Assembly: GCA_964016885.1 (NCBI GenBank)
Contig: OZ024743.1
Location: forward strand, 146,506,001-146,570,000
Direction of reading: 5' to 3'
Length of the DNA: 64,000 bases
DNA from: Eledone cirrhosa
Lineage: Eukaryota
How positions within the stretch are numbered: the stretch's first letter is position 1; each line of letters begins with the position of its first letter. Position numbers and translations under genes: made by a program. Below, piece by piece: positions 37,331 to 49,573 of this stretch. Under the pieces are notes generated by a model that saw only the letters and a program-made list of their open reading frames with translations, ran no database searches and was not told where the DNA came from.

Positions 37331-38231
37331 CTGTAACCACACACACACACATGCACACACACACACACACACACACACATGCACACACGTAACATTCTTC
37401 AGCTTGCTAATGGAATTATTGACATCATTATTATTGCTATTGTTGTAGCCATTATTATTATGTTATCACATGACCCTCTGTACTCAAAGAGAGAAGAAAA
37501 TAAATTGCTATTGCTACAGACACACACACATTTTGTTGTTGTTGTTATTGTTATTTGGACACAGCAGGAAATAAAAACAACAAAACAAACTAGCTTCATA
37601 CACACAAACACATACGTACATAAACAAAATTCCTTTACTTTTTAATTTTTGGGATTGCCACAAAACTATACCAGCTTGCCTTGACTATTGAACACACGAG
37701 AAAAGGCATGAATTGCGACTGTTCACTAAAGCCCCTGTTTTTTGGTGCAAAACACCACCTAATTTGGTGCTTAATCATGTGTTGATCCTCAGCCTATCAA
37801 ATTATACTTTATGCAAAATGTGAACCATAACACTCCCGATTTTGGGCACAAAATTACCCAAAAATTCGATGCCTAATCATGTGATCTTCCTCAACCTATC
37901 AAATTGTACTTCAAACATATAGCCAATTGAGCCACTTTTTTGGCATAAAACTGAAAGAAATTCCCGACATCAATTAGCTGTGAGTTACAAGTAGGCATAG
38001 CCTACTTAACGTCCGAAAATCACGAAAATTGTGAAACTGGTAAAGTTATAAATAATTGTAAATAAACCTTCTTAAAGTCTTAAAGACTCCAATTGCATTT
38101 TCAACTTCTTTTTCCTATATTTTTACCCATATGGGATATATTAAAAAACCTTACTTCCGAATATATAAGATATATATATGTGATGTATATATATGTTTAG
38201 GTTTACATGTGGCTCCATGTATTTTGTATGC

Positions 38232-38271
<40 letters not shown>

Positions 38272-38346
38272 TTAAAATCTTTTATAACTTTTTAAATATT
38301 TTTTTTTTATATATTTCCTTGTATGTCTTTTATAAGTATTGTGTTT

Positions 38347-38530
38347 CATCATCATCATCACCATTTTACGTCCATTCTTCCACGCTAGCATGAGTTAGAC
38401 GGGTTGTCCCATTGTGAGACATGCCAGGTCAAGTGACCATGTCTTGCTCATACAGAACTGATTTAGGCTTGATTTCTACAGCTGGATGCCCTTCCTAACA
38501 ACAATCTAATTTACAGTGAGTACTGGGTGT
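38347..38530 (-). mobile_element. RTE-type 3' tail
   Basis: (CAT)n CACCATTTTACGTCCATTCTTCCACGCTAGCATGAGTTAGACGGG..GCTGGATGCCCTTCCTAAC. Confidence 0.75.
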
Positions 38531-38902
38531 ATATATATATATATATATTTACATATATGTAATGCTGTATACATATGTATATTTCATTCACCACTTTATC
38601 CTGCCAATCCCACCAATCATTTCACTAACCCCCAATACACCCACCTTCATATTCATCATCTGCATCCTAATGACCAGTTAAAATTCTATGGCTATGCCCA
38701 CTATCACCCTTTATGCATTTCTTCTTTCACACAGCCCTATCCTCCCCCATTTCCACCACCACCCTGTGTACCCTATCTTATTTAGCCCTTCTCAGTTAAC
38801 CCCTAAGTCTTCCTTATTTATACTGTGTCTGCTATTAAAACATTAGTTCTTCTCTGATGACCCCCCCCCCTCCCCAGACAAAGCTCCAGAGTAACAAGAC
38901 AC

Positions 38903-39012
38903 AAATCCCACTGAGGTCGATAAAATGAAGTACCAGTAATGCACTGGTTGATTTAATCGACATTTCCCTCCCCTAAAATTGCCAGCCTTGTGACTAAATC
39001 AGAAACAATTAT
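38903..39012 (+). mobile_element. SINE 3' half
   Basis: GGTCGATAAAATGAAGTACCAGTAATGCACTGG..AAAATTGCCAGCCTTGTG..AAATCAGAAACAATTATT. Confidence 0.7.
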
Positions 39013-39206
39013 TTAGCCTCAATAAAATATTAAAACTCCACTTCAGTATTGAGTACTTTTATATCTCAGCCAAAAACCATATACGGATATATAAGATGGC
39101 CGACTGAATACGCACGTGTATGTTTTTTCTCCCCATTTTTTTCTCATTTTTCCCATTCCTTCATCTCATCACTCTTTACTTTCTATTTATCTTCTATTTC
39201 TAACTC

Positions 39207-39241
39207 TGTCTTCTGATGAAGGACTAGTGTCCGATACGTTA

Positions 39242-39246
<5 letters not shown>
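39207..39246 (+). ncRNA. minimal hammerhead motif, GAAA mutated to GATA
   Basis: TCTT-CTGATGA-A-GGAC[TAGT]GTCC-GATA-CG-TT-AAGA, running directly into (TA)n. Confidence 0.65.
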
Positions 39247-39304
<58 letters not shown>

Positions 39305-39307
<3 letters not shown>

Positions 39308-39814
39308 GGAAAAAATAAAACGAAATTTCGTTTCTCACTCTTAGTACGGCAGTTACTTAAATGTAAGTATGTATACGTACATACATATATGTATACAGAC
39401 GTACAGTAGTATATATATATATATATATATATACATGTACACATATATATATGTACGTATCGGTTTACTGAACATTTATTATAACCTTGCTCGATATGCA
39501 AATTAGGCTGCTCAGCCGTTAATATGCATAAGGAAAGTATATACTTTCAGACGTTCAATCATCTGGCAGGAAGGTATACGATGCTGACGATAGCTAATAA
39601 GCCTGAAACTAGTACATCGTTCCTTTGTCAGTGTTGAACAAAAGGGCAACGATGGTTGCTAAACACTGTACGGCTTAATTCGGGCTGTTTGTTTATAAAC
39701 AAACCGAACATTATAATAAATGTTCGGTAAACCGATACGTACACATATATATGTACATGTATGTATATATATACATACTACTGTACGTCTGTATATATAT
39801 ATGTATGTACGTAT

Positions 39815-39816
<2 letters not shown>
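39305..39816 (+). mobile_element. fold-back hammerhead-bearing element in (TA)n
   Basis: about 110-bp inverted arms at about 39370-39484 and 39711-39816 enclosing the hammerhead at 39578. Confidence 0.75.
39578..39620 (+). ncRNA. minimal type I hammerhead ribozyme
   Basis: ACGATG-CTGACGA-TA-GCT[AATA]AGC-CT-GAAA-CTAG-TA-CATCGT; palindromic stem III ACTAGT. Confidence 0.82.
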
Positions 39817-39888
<72 letters not shown>

Positions 39889-39926
39889 ATGTATGTAAAA
39901 GTAAAAGTTAAACAGAAATAACAACA

Positions 39927-40495
39927 CTATCGGTACAGTATATGGAAGTGATAGGGTGATGGGGTGGTAGGTGAGAGGGAAAGGAACACGGGTGTTGGGA
40001 GGGCTGTGGTGCGGTCTGTTTCACGGGCGCGGGAGAGAGCAGCTTGGATCAAGGTGGGGGGGGGGGGATATCCACGCTGGATGAAGCAGGAAGCCATGCG
40101 AAGGGAATGGGTTTCGAAATCGTTGTCCTGGCTACAGAGTCGATGAAGACGGAGAAATTGGGAATAGGCTATGGAGTGTTTGGTGTGGGTTGGATGGGAG
40201 GAGGTGAAGTCGAGATAAGATTGGGAGTCTGTTGGTTTAATGTAGATGGAAGTAGAGAGGGTGTGGTGAGAGTGATTAATAGATAGAGAGATATCTAGAA
40301 AAGCGACAGAAGAATCGGAGAAAGAGGCGGTGAAATTGAGATCAGGATGGAAAGATTGGACAAAAGAAAGAAAACAGTCGAGCTGTTCTCGTGATATAGA
40401 GATGACGCCGATACAGTCGTCGATATAACGACCGTATAGCTCAGGAGTCGGTCCAGCGTACTGGGAGAAGAGATCTGGGCTTGACGTAGTCAACA
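39927..40495 (-). pseudogene. Penelope-like reverse transcriptase fragment
   Basis: YGRYIDDCIG, FHPDLNFT, VAFLDI, KPTDSQSYLDFTSSHP, YSQFLRLHRLCS, RGYP. Confidence 0.88.
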
Positions 40496-40510
40496 AACAA
40501 ATATATATAT

Positions 40511-40562
<52 letters not shown>

Positions 40563-40565
<3 letters not shown>

Positions 40566-40649
40566 GAAGGAAATGTGGTAAGGAACCAGGTGGACCAGAA
40601 TTAGCCGTCGAAACGGCTTGAGCTCAGCCGTCGGGGTCCTACTCGTTCC

Positions 40650-40650
<1 letters not shown>
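40563..40650 (-). mobile_element. 88-bp inverted derivative of the 4531 family
   Basis: reverse complement of the family's last 35 bp joined through CCA microhomology to CCAGAATTAGCCGTCGAAACGGC..GTTCCT; (TA)n on both sides. Confidence 0.8.
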
Positions 40651-40681
<31 letters not shown>

Positions 40682-40714
40682 GGAAAGAATTACATCCAAA
40701 TTAGAGGCACAGCG

Positions 40715-41875
40715 ATGGGAACGAAGTTTGCTCCCGTTTACGCGAACTCTGTAATGGGATACTTAGAACAACAACTCTACCAAGAAATAGAGGAAAAATA
40801 TAGTACTGACTTTAGAAAGTACATTGAAAAATCTTGGAAGAGATACCTTGACGACTGTTTCATCATCTGGACAGAATCTCTAGATACTCTGGATGAGTTC
40901 AATATCCTCCTGAATAACCTACACCCATCTCTCCAATTCACAAAAGAGATGAGTAGGACCAAATTACCATTCCTAGATATAATGATAATCAAAAACGACA
41001 CCACCATTACCACGGATATATATTATAAACACACAGACACCCATCAATATCTGAATTTTAAGTCGTGCCATCCACCTCATACAAAACGCAACATCCCATA
41101 CTGCCTAGCCAGAAGAATTTGTACCATTGTAGAAGATACGAATACCAGGTACAAACGCCTAACAGAACTAAGAGAATTTTTGCTCAAACAAAAATACCCA
41201 TCTCTACTTATAGAAAATGGCATACAGCGGGCTATAAAAATACCTATACAACAACTTAGGACAACCCAAGGAAGAAGAAACCAAGAACTGGTCATACCAT
41301 TTATAATGACACACAACCCATGTCACCAGAATATCTTCAACACTGCCAAAGCAAACCTACCGATCATTGCTCAAAGTAATGAATTAAAAGGCTTAATCAC
41401 AGATCGATCTTTGACTCTTAGTAAAAGACAGCCAAAAAATTTGAAGCAATTACTAACAAAAGCAAAGTTTGACCTTAACAACAAAGACCAATCATTCACT
41501 GTATCTAAATACAATGATAGTCGATGCGGCACATGTCAATCCATACACGCCGGTCAATATATGAAAACAAAAACTGGAAAAATATTCCCAAATGCAAATA
41601 TGAATTGCAAAAGCAGAAATCTAATTTACTGCATTAAATGCCCGAATTGTGAAGAACTATATGTCGGTCAAACTGGAAATGCACTATCGGAACGTGCACG
41701 GGTACACCGTCAGCAAATCAGAGACCCAAATGTCCGTCAGATACCCCTAAGTAACCATCTATCAACATGTGGTCAGGGAATATTTATAATATTCCCATCC
41801 TACAAATTAAATCAAGTGAAATCAAGAGAAAAATCAAAGAAAAGAATTTTATTGATAAATTCAAACCCAAGCTAA
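40715..41875 (+). CDS. PLE RT C-terminal half + zinc-finger linker + GIY-YIG endonuclease (truncated; frameshift near the C-terminus)
   Basis: MGTKFAPVYAN, WKRYLDD, LPFLD, SCHP, SRCGTC, LIYCIKCPNCEELYVGQTG..RARVH. Confidence 0.9.
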   Translation: MGTKFAPVYANSVMGYLEQQLYQEIEEKYSTDFRKYIEKSWKRYLDDCFIIWTESLDTLDEFNILLNNLHPSLQFTKEMSRTKLPFLDIMIIKNDTTITTDIYYKHTDTHQYLNFKSCHPPHTKRNIPYCLARRICTIVEDTNTRYKRLTELREFLLKQKYPSLLIENGIQRAIKIPIQQLRTTQGRRNQELVIPFIMTHNPCHQNIFNTAKANLPIIAQSNELKGLITDRSLTLSKRQPKNLKQLLTKAKFDLNNKDQSFTVSKYNDSRCGTCQSIHAGQYMKTKTGKIFPNANMNCKSRNLIYCIKCPNCEELYVGQTGNALSERARVHRQQIRDPNVRQIPLSNHLSTCGQGIFIIFPSYKLNQVKSREKSKKRILLINSNPS

Positions 41876-41963
41876 ATGAACAATAATAACGCTGAGAGGT
41901 ATTACTTCTACTATGACTATGACTACGACCATGTCGACTACGACCATGTCGACTACGACCACT

Positions 41964-42023
<60 letters not shown>

Positions 42024-42331
42024 AATAATAATAATAATAAAAGTGATGTTGATGGTGATGATTACTAGAAAATGATATTTTCATCATTTCTAAAAATAGC
42101 AAGACAATTGATGCTTTGGATATGATTAATTATTGGTAGTTAGACAAGCTCAACCAGCCGTGACGCTTAAACCAATCAGCTTTAGTAATTCAGTGAAACT
42201 ACACACTGATTGGTCGAAATACAGTTTGCAAGATTTAGCATTCTGGAGCCACTTTTCACTGTATATAAGGCACAAAATTTACCCATCTCATTACAGTTGA
42301 AAATTGCAAACTTGACTGTCACCACATATTA

Positions 42332-42370
42332 TGAACCTGAAGATTGCGAAAGCATGAAAGTACTTGTTCA
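42332..42370 (+). ncRNA. minimal type I hammerhead ribozyme in the PLE pLTR
   Basis: TGAAC-CTGAAGA-T-TGC[GAAA]GCA-T-GAAA-GTAC-TT-GTTCA; palindromic stem III AGTACT. Confidence 0.82.
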
Positions 42371-42485
42371 ATTAACACTTAGAATTTAATATTCTACCAT
42401 ACTATTTCATCATTATAATACCATTATAAATTTTAAAGGATTGTAAATAAAACGAGTAAATCAGACAAAGTTGGAATTCCTCTTA

Positions 42486-42559
<74 letters not shown>

Positions 42560-42564
<5 letters not shown>

Positions 42565-42870
42565 ATGAGTTATTTGTTTTGTTGATTATTTAACAAAGTT
42601 AATTTATAACATATTAGAAGCAGTCAACAGATTTTTCTGGATATCAATAATATTAATAAATGGAAATTATCTTTATAAAACCATATTTATTTTATTATAC
42701 ATATTTCAAGAGTACCAGTATTTTGGTACGCTTTCATCAGATAAAATACAATATTTGGTTTAAAGACAGTGACATATCAACATATGAACTTAATGTTATG
42801 AGTTCATATGTTGATATGTCACTGTCTTTAAACCAAATATTGTATTTCCATTTATTAATATTATTGATTT
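42560..42870 (-). mobile_element. fold-back hammerhead-bearing element
   Basis: hammerhead at 42690-42746, perfect 47-bp hairpin at 42744-42847, outer inverted repeat about 42643-42667 / 42844-42868. Confidence 0.75.
42690..42746 (-). ncRNA. type I hammerhead ribozyme
   Basis: rc: TTTTAT-CTGATGA-AAG-C-GTACCA[AAATAC]TGGTAC-T-CTT-GAAA-TATGTA-TA-ATAAAA. Confidence 0.8.
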
Positions 42871-42894
42871 ATATATATTATATAAATCAATAAT

Positions 42895-43400
42895 ACGGCT
42901 GTTATTTCTAGCACCGGGAATGCGGGACGGTTAATTTGGCCTGGCTGCACACGTGTAGTCAGACCTGCTAAATTTTTGATGTGAAATATACTAATTTTAC
43001 TGGGTTCCTGTTGATAAGCACAGAAGATTTGGATATTTCACTTTTTATTTCAATTCCATTTCGATTCTCTTTATTTTTCAATTCACATTCCACCGTTGCG
43101 AAACGTATTTGGGTTTCGAGATTCAAATTCATCTACGGAGCAGGTTTGGATTTTGAAATTTAAATATGTCCAGGAACCATGGCCATTGCCAATATAAGCT
43201 TGTCTTTATTGACTTATATCGAGACAGACAAATTGTATTCACTTTAATTAGTTTATTTCATTAATAGCTAACTTTGTCTGTTACAATGCAAACACGTTTT
43301 GTGTTTATCATATATTTTAATGTATTTAACTGCTCGGAAATGCCCCCTTTCTTGGAGCTGGATTATTGTAAACGACTGAGAGTTTATTCTCAAAATATAA
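42895..43400 (+). mobile_element. pLTR-like non-coding element (family of 63107-63894)
   Basis: shares ACGGCTGTTATTTC, TCTACGGA.CAGGTTTG..GAAATTTAAAT and GGCCATT.GCCAATATA with 63389-63800; degenerate TTGATAA-GCA..TGC-GAAACGTA. Confidence 0.65.
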
Positions 43401-43466
43401 TATAGTATATATATATATATAGTGACGAAACATAAGTCAATTGCATGAACTCATAATCCTTTATTT

Positions 43467-43522
43467 ACTGCTATATATATTTCGATGATAGCCATTGAAT
43501 GGCTATGACCTCATCAGGCAGT
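43467..43522 (-). ncRNA. type I hammerhead ribozyme
   Basis: rc: ACTGC-CTGATGA-GGT-C-ATAGCCA[TTCAA]TGGCTAT-C-ATC-GAAA-TATATA-TA-GCAGT. Confidence 0.85.
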
Positions 43523-43888
43523 TAGTCAGTTCTTAGATATGCCAGCTCTGTGTTTATAGTGTTTATAGTGTTGATGGTATATATATGAAAACAGGGAGAA
43601 AGAGACAATTATGAGGAAGAAAAATATATATTGTTCTACACATTAGACTGCAGCCATGTTGAGGCCCCACTACAATTGATATCAATATAATTTTATATCA
43701 ATTGATATCAATAAAATTATATTGATATCAATCTACAATTGATATCAATATAATTTTTACTTGGAAAATATCAACTCAGAACATAAAGGGCACCAACCAA
43801 ATAGCACAAGCTCTATTGATTACATCAGACACCCACATATATGTATAACGGGTGTATGTTAGTATGTGTATGAGATAGATAGATATAT

Positions 43889-43934
<46 letters not shown>

Positions 43935-44264
43935 AAGATGAGAATAACTTTCTACTATACCTATTATGAAGCATGCATATATATACTTATATATACACAT
44001 ATATACACTTATATACATGCTCTAAAGGTGCATTGCTATACTTACAACAAAGACATACATAAAACTATTGAAATACATACATTCACATATATTTTAACAT
44101 ATACACACACATCCCCGTAAACACTCAGTTAATAATTGCCACTCACATGTTCATAGGTGCTCAAAGAGTCAGTGTGTTGATTGATTGCTGATCTGTTGTA
44201 AACTTCTGAAACCTTTGCCAATTGTCCTCTTCTAGGATACCACACACACACACACACATACACA

Positions 44265-44296
<32 letters not shown>

Positions 44297-44664
44297 TATA
44301 TATATTTGTACACACACACATACATACATACATATTTTATCTCTTGACTCCTGTGTAGATAGCTTAGCTGCAGCCTCTCTCTCTTCTTACTTACAGACAT
44401 ATAAGAGGAACCCCAATTTGTTAATCTCAAAATCTCAATGTATCATCTGAACCATACGGTATGGAAAGAGGGGGAGAAGGATGCCAGAGAGAGAGAGGGG
44501 GAGAGAGTGAGAGAGAGAGAGAGAGGAGGGGTGGTGGGGTGGAGAACAATCTTTTATCAGGATATCTCATCCTGGTATTTTGCTGACTACATTTCACCTC
44601 CTCTTTCAGTGGTGGTGTTGGTGACGTTGATGGTGTGCTTAGATGGTGGTGCTGTAAGTAATTT

Positions 44665-45290
44665 CAGTGTATGTGTATATTTGTGTGTGTGTATATTTGT
44701 GTGTGTGTCTGTGTCTGAAATTGTGTGTGAGTGTGTGTCTCTGTATGTATGTATATGTGTGTGTGTGTGTGTCTGAGTGTGTGTGTGTGTCTGAGTGTAT
44801 GTGTACGTGTGTGTGTATGTGTGTCTGAGTATATGTGTGTGTGTATGTGTGTGTGTGAGTGTATGTGTGTGTGTGTGTATGTGTGTGAGTGTCTGTGTGT
44901 ATGTGAGTGTGTGTATATTTGCGTGTCTGAGTGTATGTGTGTGTGTATGTGTATGTGTGCATGTCTGTGTCTAAGTGTGTATGTATGTATGTGTGTGTGT
45001 GTGTGTGTATGTGTGCATGTGTGTGTATGTCTGAGTGTGTATGTATGTGTATGTCTGTGTCTTAGTGTGCATCTGTGTGTGTGTACGTGTGTGCGTATAT
45101 GTATATGTGTGTGTGTATGTGCGTGTGTATATGTGTGTGTGTGTCTGTGTGCATGTGTGTGTATGTCTGAGTGTGTATGTATGTGTGTGTATGTCTGTGT
45201 CTGAGTATGTATGCATGTGTATGTCTGTATGCGTGTGTATGTCTGTCTGTATGTATGTATGTATGTATGTATGTATGTATGTATGTGTTT
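44665..45290. repeat. degenerate (GT)n microsatellite field
   Basis: about 620 bp of GT/GTAT/GTCT mosaics. Confidence 0.95.
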
Positions 45291-45568
45291 AGAGTATAAT
45301 GCTGGTTGGAAGAGAAATAATAGTTTGAGACTGAATAAGATTATCATTATTATCAGTTCCACATTTATTTATTTATTGTTTCTATCTATCTTTGATTAAT
45401 GTCGGTAAATTCCTCTGTGTACTTACTTCAGCAAGTTCCATGTCCCAGTTGGCTTGTAGAGAAATGCCACCTTCTCATATTTCTAATATTCTTTTCTTGC
45501 CTCATTCTGTATTACTCTATCTGTCTTTATGGCATGAATTTAGGCTCTTTTCACTCACTGTCGTTCTG

Positions 45569-45623
<55 letters not shown>

Positions 45624-45738
45624 CTCTCTCTCTTTTATCTATCTATCTATCTAGATATCTAGATATCTTTCAATCCACTTGTCTGTCTATCTCTTTGTAT
45701 ATTAATCCAGCCAAACCACCTTTCTTCTCTCCTTCCCT

Positions 45739-45871
<133 letters not shown>

Positions 45872-45936
45872 ACATCAGATAAACCCCACAGTCTTGATGA
45901 TTTCATACAAATGAAACAGTTCTAGTCCTGTAGAAG

Positions 45937-46028
<92 letters not shown>

Positions 46029-46037
46029 ATACACACA

Positions 46038-46087
<50 letters not shown>

Positions 46088-46107
46088 AATAGATATACAG
46101 AGAGACG

Positions 46108-46141
<34 letters not shown>

Positions 46142-47247
46142 TCCCTGCCTACTCCCTCTTCTTCATCTCCTCTTTAGTTCCTGTTGCAGATAATTTTTGT
46201 TGTTGTCTCCCCTCTCAGTTTCATTCCTCCCTCCATTTCTTTTTTTTTTTCTACCTCTTTTCTTTTAATTTTACTTGTTTCTCTATCTCTCTCTTCTCCT
46301 CTCATCTTTTTTTGTCTTGTTTCATCTTTTTATCTCTCTCACCATCCCTCTCTCTCTTTTCTATTATTTCTCTTTTTCTCTCTTGTTAACACAACACTCT
46401 CCCACTCTTGAATTCTATATTCTCTTCTTCTCCCGCTCTCATTGATTTTATCCTCTATCTTTCTTCAGTCATTTTTTTCCTCTCTTACTGATACTCTCTC
46501 TCTCTCTCTTGTTAATCTTTCCCCTTTATTAAACACTCCTCTCTCTAATTGATATATTGTCTCTGATTAATCTCTCTCTATTGTCTCTTTCCCTTCTCCT
46601 CACTTTCATTGGTTCCTTCTTTCTCATCGACCTCTGCTTCTCTTTTCTCCCTTTCTTCATTGCTCCTCTGCCTCTTTATTGCCCTCTCATTCTCTTTTCA
46701 TTGCTACACGGGCACTTATCATTGCTACTCTCTCCTTTCATTGCACCGTTATCTCTCTTTTTTCATTGCTCCTCCTATTCTCTCTTCATTGATATCACCT
46801 GTCTTCTCTCTTCATAGATCTTCTCTCTTTTCATTGCTCCTTAACCCTCTCTCTCTCATCATTTCTCCTCTATTCATGCCCCTTTCCTTCTTTCTTCATT
46901 ACTTTGTTCTTCTCTTTTGCTTCATTTCTCCTGTTATTCTTTCTCTCTTCTCTTCACAGCTCTTTCTCATCATTGCTTTCTTCTCTAAATCTTCTCCCTC
47001 TCTCTCGTACACTCTCCTTTCATTCTGCTTCATAATGCCAACCCTTAGGATCTTGTTGAAACCTGGTGTCCAATTAACTCATCCTGCTTCATCCTCTTGC
47101 CATTTGGTCCCTTGGTGAACTGGTGATTAATCAAGATACTAAAAAAAAAAAGAAAGAAAAGAAAACAATCATTATTCTTCCTCAAACAACTTCTGCTTTG
47201 CAGTGATCTACCTTTCCCTCTTTATCCTTCTAACCAAAAATTCTTTC

Positions 47248-47336
<89 letters not shown>

Positions 47337-47693
47337 TGGGGAAAATCGACTAATTTTTTTAATTGCATTTGTGATAATATTTTACACGTTTTTATTGTAT
47401 GTAAACTTCCCCCTTTGTATTTGTCCCCTTCTTTCGTGCCGCTGTGGCTAATAAAGAAACATATCTATCTATCTAAACCTACAAAACGTGTTCCTGGTGT
47501 TGAGGGTTGTTCTATCCACGGGGTGTAAAACAACCCCGCAGTAGCGTTACCCCCCCCCTAATGGGGATTTCAATTGTTTTATTTTTATATATTTTATTGT
47601 TATTTATCATTGTTTAAGATTTTATGTAAAACCCCTGCCGTCACGTCTTGTAATGTCCCATTTTTGTACGCCCCTGTGGCAAATAAATAAAGA
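47337..47693 (+). mobile_element. two stacked Tx1 3'-end fragments
   Basis: 47337-47459 and about 47476-47693 each end TTGTA..TGTCCC..GCC.N5.GGC.AATAAA and are followed by ATCT repeats. Confidence 0.85.
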
Positions 47694-47718
47694 TATCTAT
47701 CTATCTGCTTCTGCCACT

Positions 47719-47957
47719 ATGGACGTCGCCATGGATACGACTGTCAACAAAGAGAAAAAATAATATTACCACTTGAAGATTTTAAAATTTCTACCGTCGA
47801 AGCGGAGAAAAATAACACGCAGAATAACACAGGAATTAAACCTATTAATATACATACACATGAAAAAGACAACAACAACAACTCCATAGATACATCTACA
47901 CGTAAAGTTTCACCTCGTCAAGAAATTTCGATTTCCAACACCGAGGCTAACAACGAT

Positions 47958-47991
<34 letters not shown>

Positions 47992-49531
47992 GCAACACCA
48001 CAAAAAAAGTCTTTCGCTGAAACAGTGATTTTATAAAACAAGATTTTATAAATCTTGACATCAGCAAGGGAGAAAATTTGTAACTTTCGAAGACAAGGGT
48101 GGGTTTAGAATCAACTCACCCCTCGAAATAAAAGAAGAGACAGTTCGAAGGACAGTGACCTTCAGGACTGTCTCCAACACAACGAGAAAGCCAATATTTG
48201 TTAGTCAAGCAGACATAGAAGCCACCTTGAAGGAGACTCTAGCAAATATTGACTTTCTCCAACGAGGAAAACAGTACGGAAGTGTTTCCGTACTGTTTAA
48301 AAGCGAGACATTCGCCCAAAAACATTCTGTGACACCAATGGTGTCAAAAGCATTCATCTTTTTCCCTACGTACATGGGAAAAAGGATACAAAAAATAAAA
48401 AATAAAAATATACCACCAAACATTAACATCTGGTGGATCTTGGCCGGCTTCGTGGACCCAGAGACTGATGCCATTCTTTCAATACGAAAGTCTATTAGAC
48501 AATGGTGGGCGGGTACTGATTTTGGAGATTCTGATGCAAATGAGGCCTGAGAGAATCTCCAAAATACCCGAAAAAGTCGTCATCGACGACAACAACAAAA
48601 TAAACATTTCGGTGGAGGGGCGTAAATTTCATTGCTTTCGCTGTGGTAGCACCAACACACCTAAAGGCCTCCTACCCTTTACAAACACGATCAACCAAAA
48701 CAATACAAAAGAAAGCACTGTTACCAACACCAAAACAATCACCACCACAACAACAACAACTCACGAAACAAGCAAACACACCAAAACAAACAGCCACTCA
48801 ACCAACAACAACAGAAAAAACACAGACAACACCCCTGAAGAACACAGCCCCACCCCATCCCACTCCATCAAACACTACCACAAACACACACACCGAAACA
48901 CCACCACCACACAAGATACCCCTACCCCACACTCCTGACGAGTATTATTCATTAACAGATGAGGCTGCTTCCCCTTCTTTAAGTGAAGAAGAAGGCGAGC
49001 CTCGGAAAACTAAAAAACAAAAAAGAGACACCACAACCCCCCCTCCCCCAACTCCAATCACCAACACACAACCACAGACACAAACAACAACACAAACAAC
49101 ACCACAGTCAAACATCCCCCTACCAGCAAAACCAACACCGACACAACCCCAAACACAAGCACCCACCATAAAAAGAAAACACCCGGACGAACAACAAACT
49201 AAAACAACACAACAAAAACACAAAACAACAATACGCATACATCAACACAAACAACAAGAGTTTGATGGAGGTCAGTCATCTCCCTAAACCCCAAGGTGGA
49301 GACGGAGGGCAAAACTTTCATCAAAGCAGAATCGTCTCCACACCTTAAACTTATAAGGGTCTCTATGGAGACCTAGAGTGACCTGAAAAATAAATTTTCT
49401 CAGGACGTGGGCAACCCCTGCCAGAACCCCATCAACCGCGTCCTGTTAAAATGTTCCCCACCCCACCCAACACCCCCTCCAGCACCCAAATAGAGATTGA
49501 ACAACCCGATCTCCAAGAAACGAAAAGGTAA
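47719..49531 (+). pseudogene. Tx1 ORF1 pseudogene
   Basis: fragments VSQADIEATL, FFPTYMGKRIQ, LAGFVDP, MRPERISKIP, INISVEGRKFHCFRCG align with ORF1 of element 1; several frameshifts. Confidence 0.85.
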
Positions 49532-49573
49532 GTGCACCTTTTCGTCCTTTTTCTCCAACTCTTCTTCACCAAC

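Larger units (their letters stand above)
40676..42490 (+). mobile_element. Neptune-type Penelope-like element, 5'-truncated, in (TA)n
   Basis: RT then GIY-YIG ORF, (AAC)n spacer, and a pLTR containing a hammerhead. Confidence 0.92.

Noticed and set aside
38850-38875. CTGATGA (also at about 55414, 55588, 56934 and 62471)
   Set aside because: No properly spaced stem II, GAAA or stem I; at most truncated remnants.
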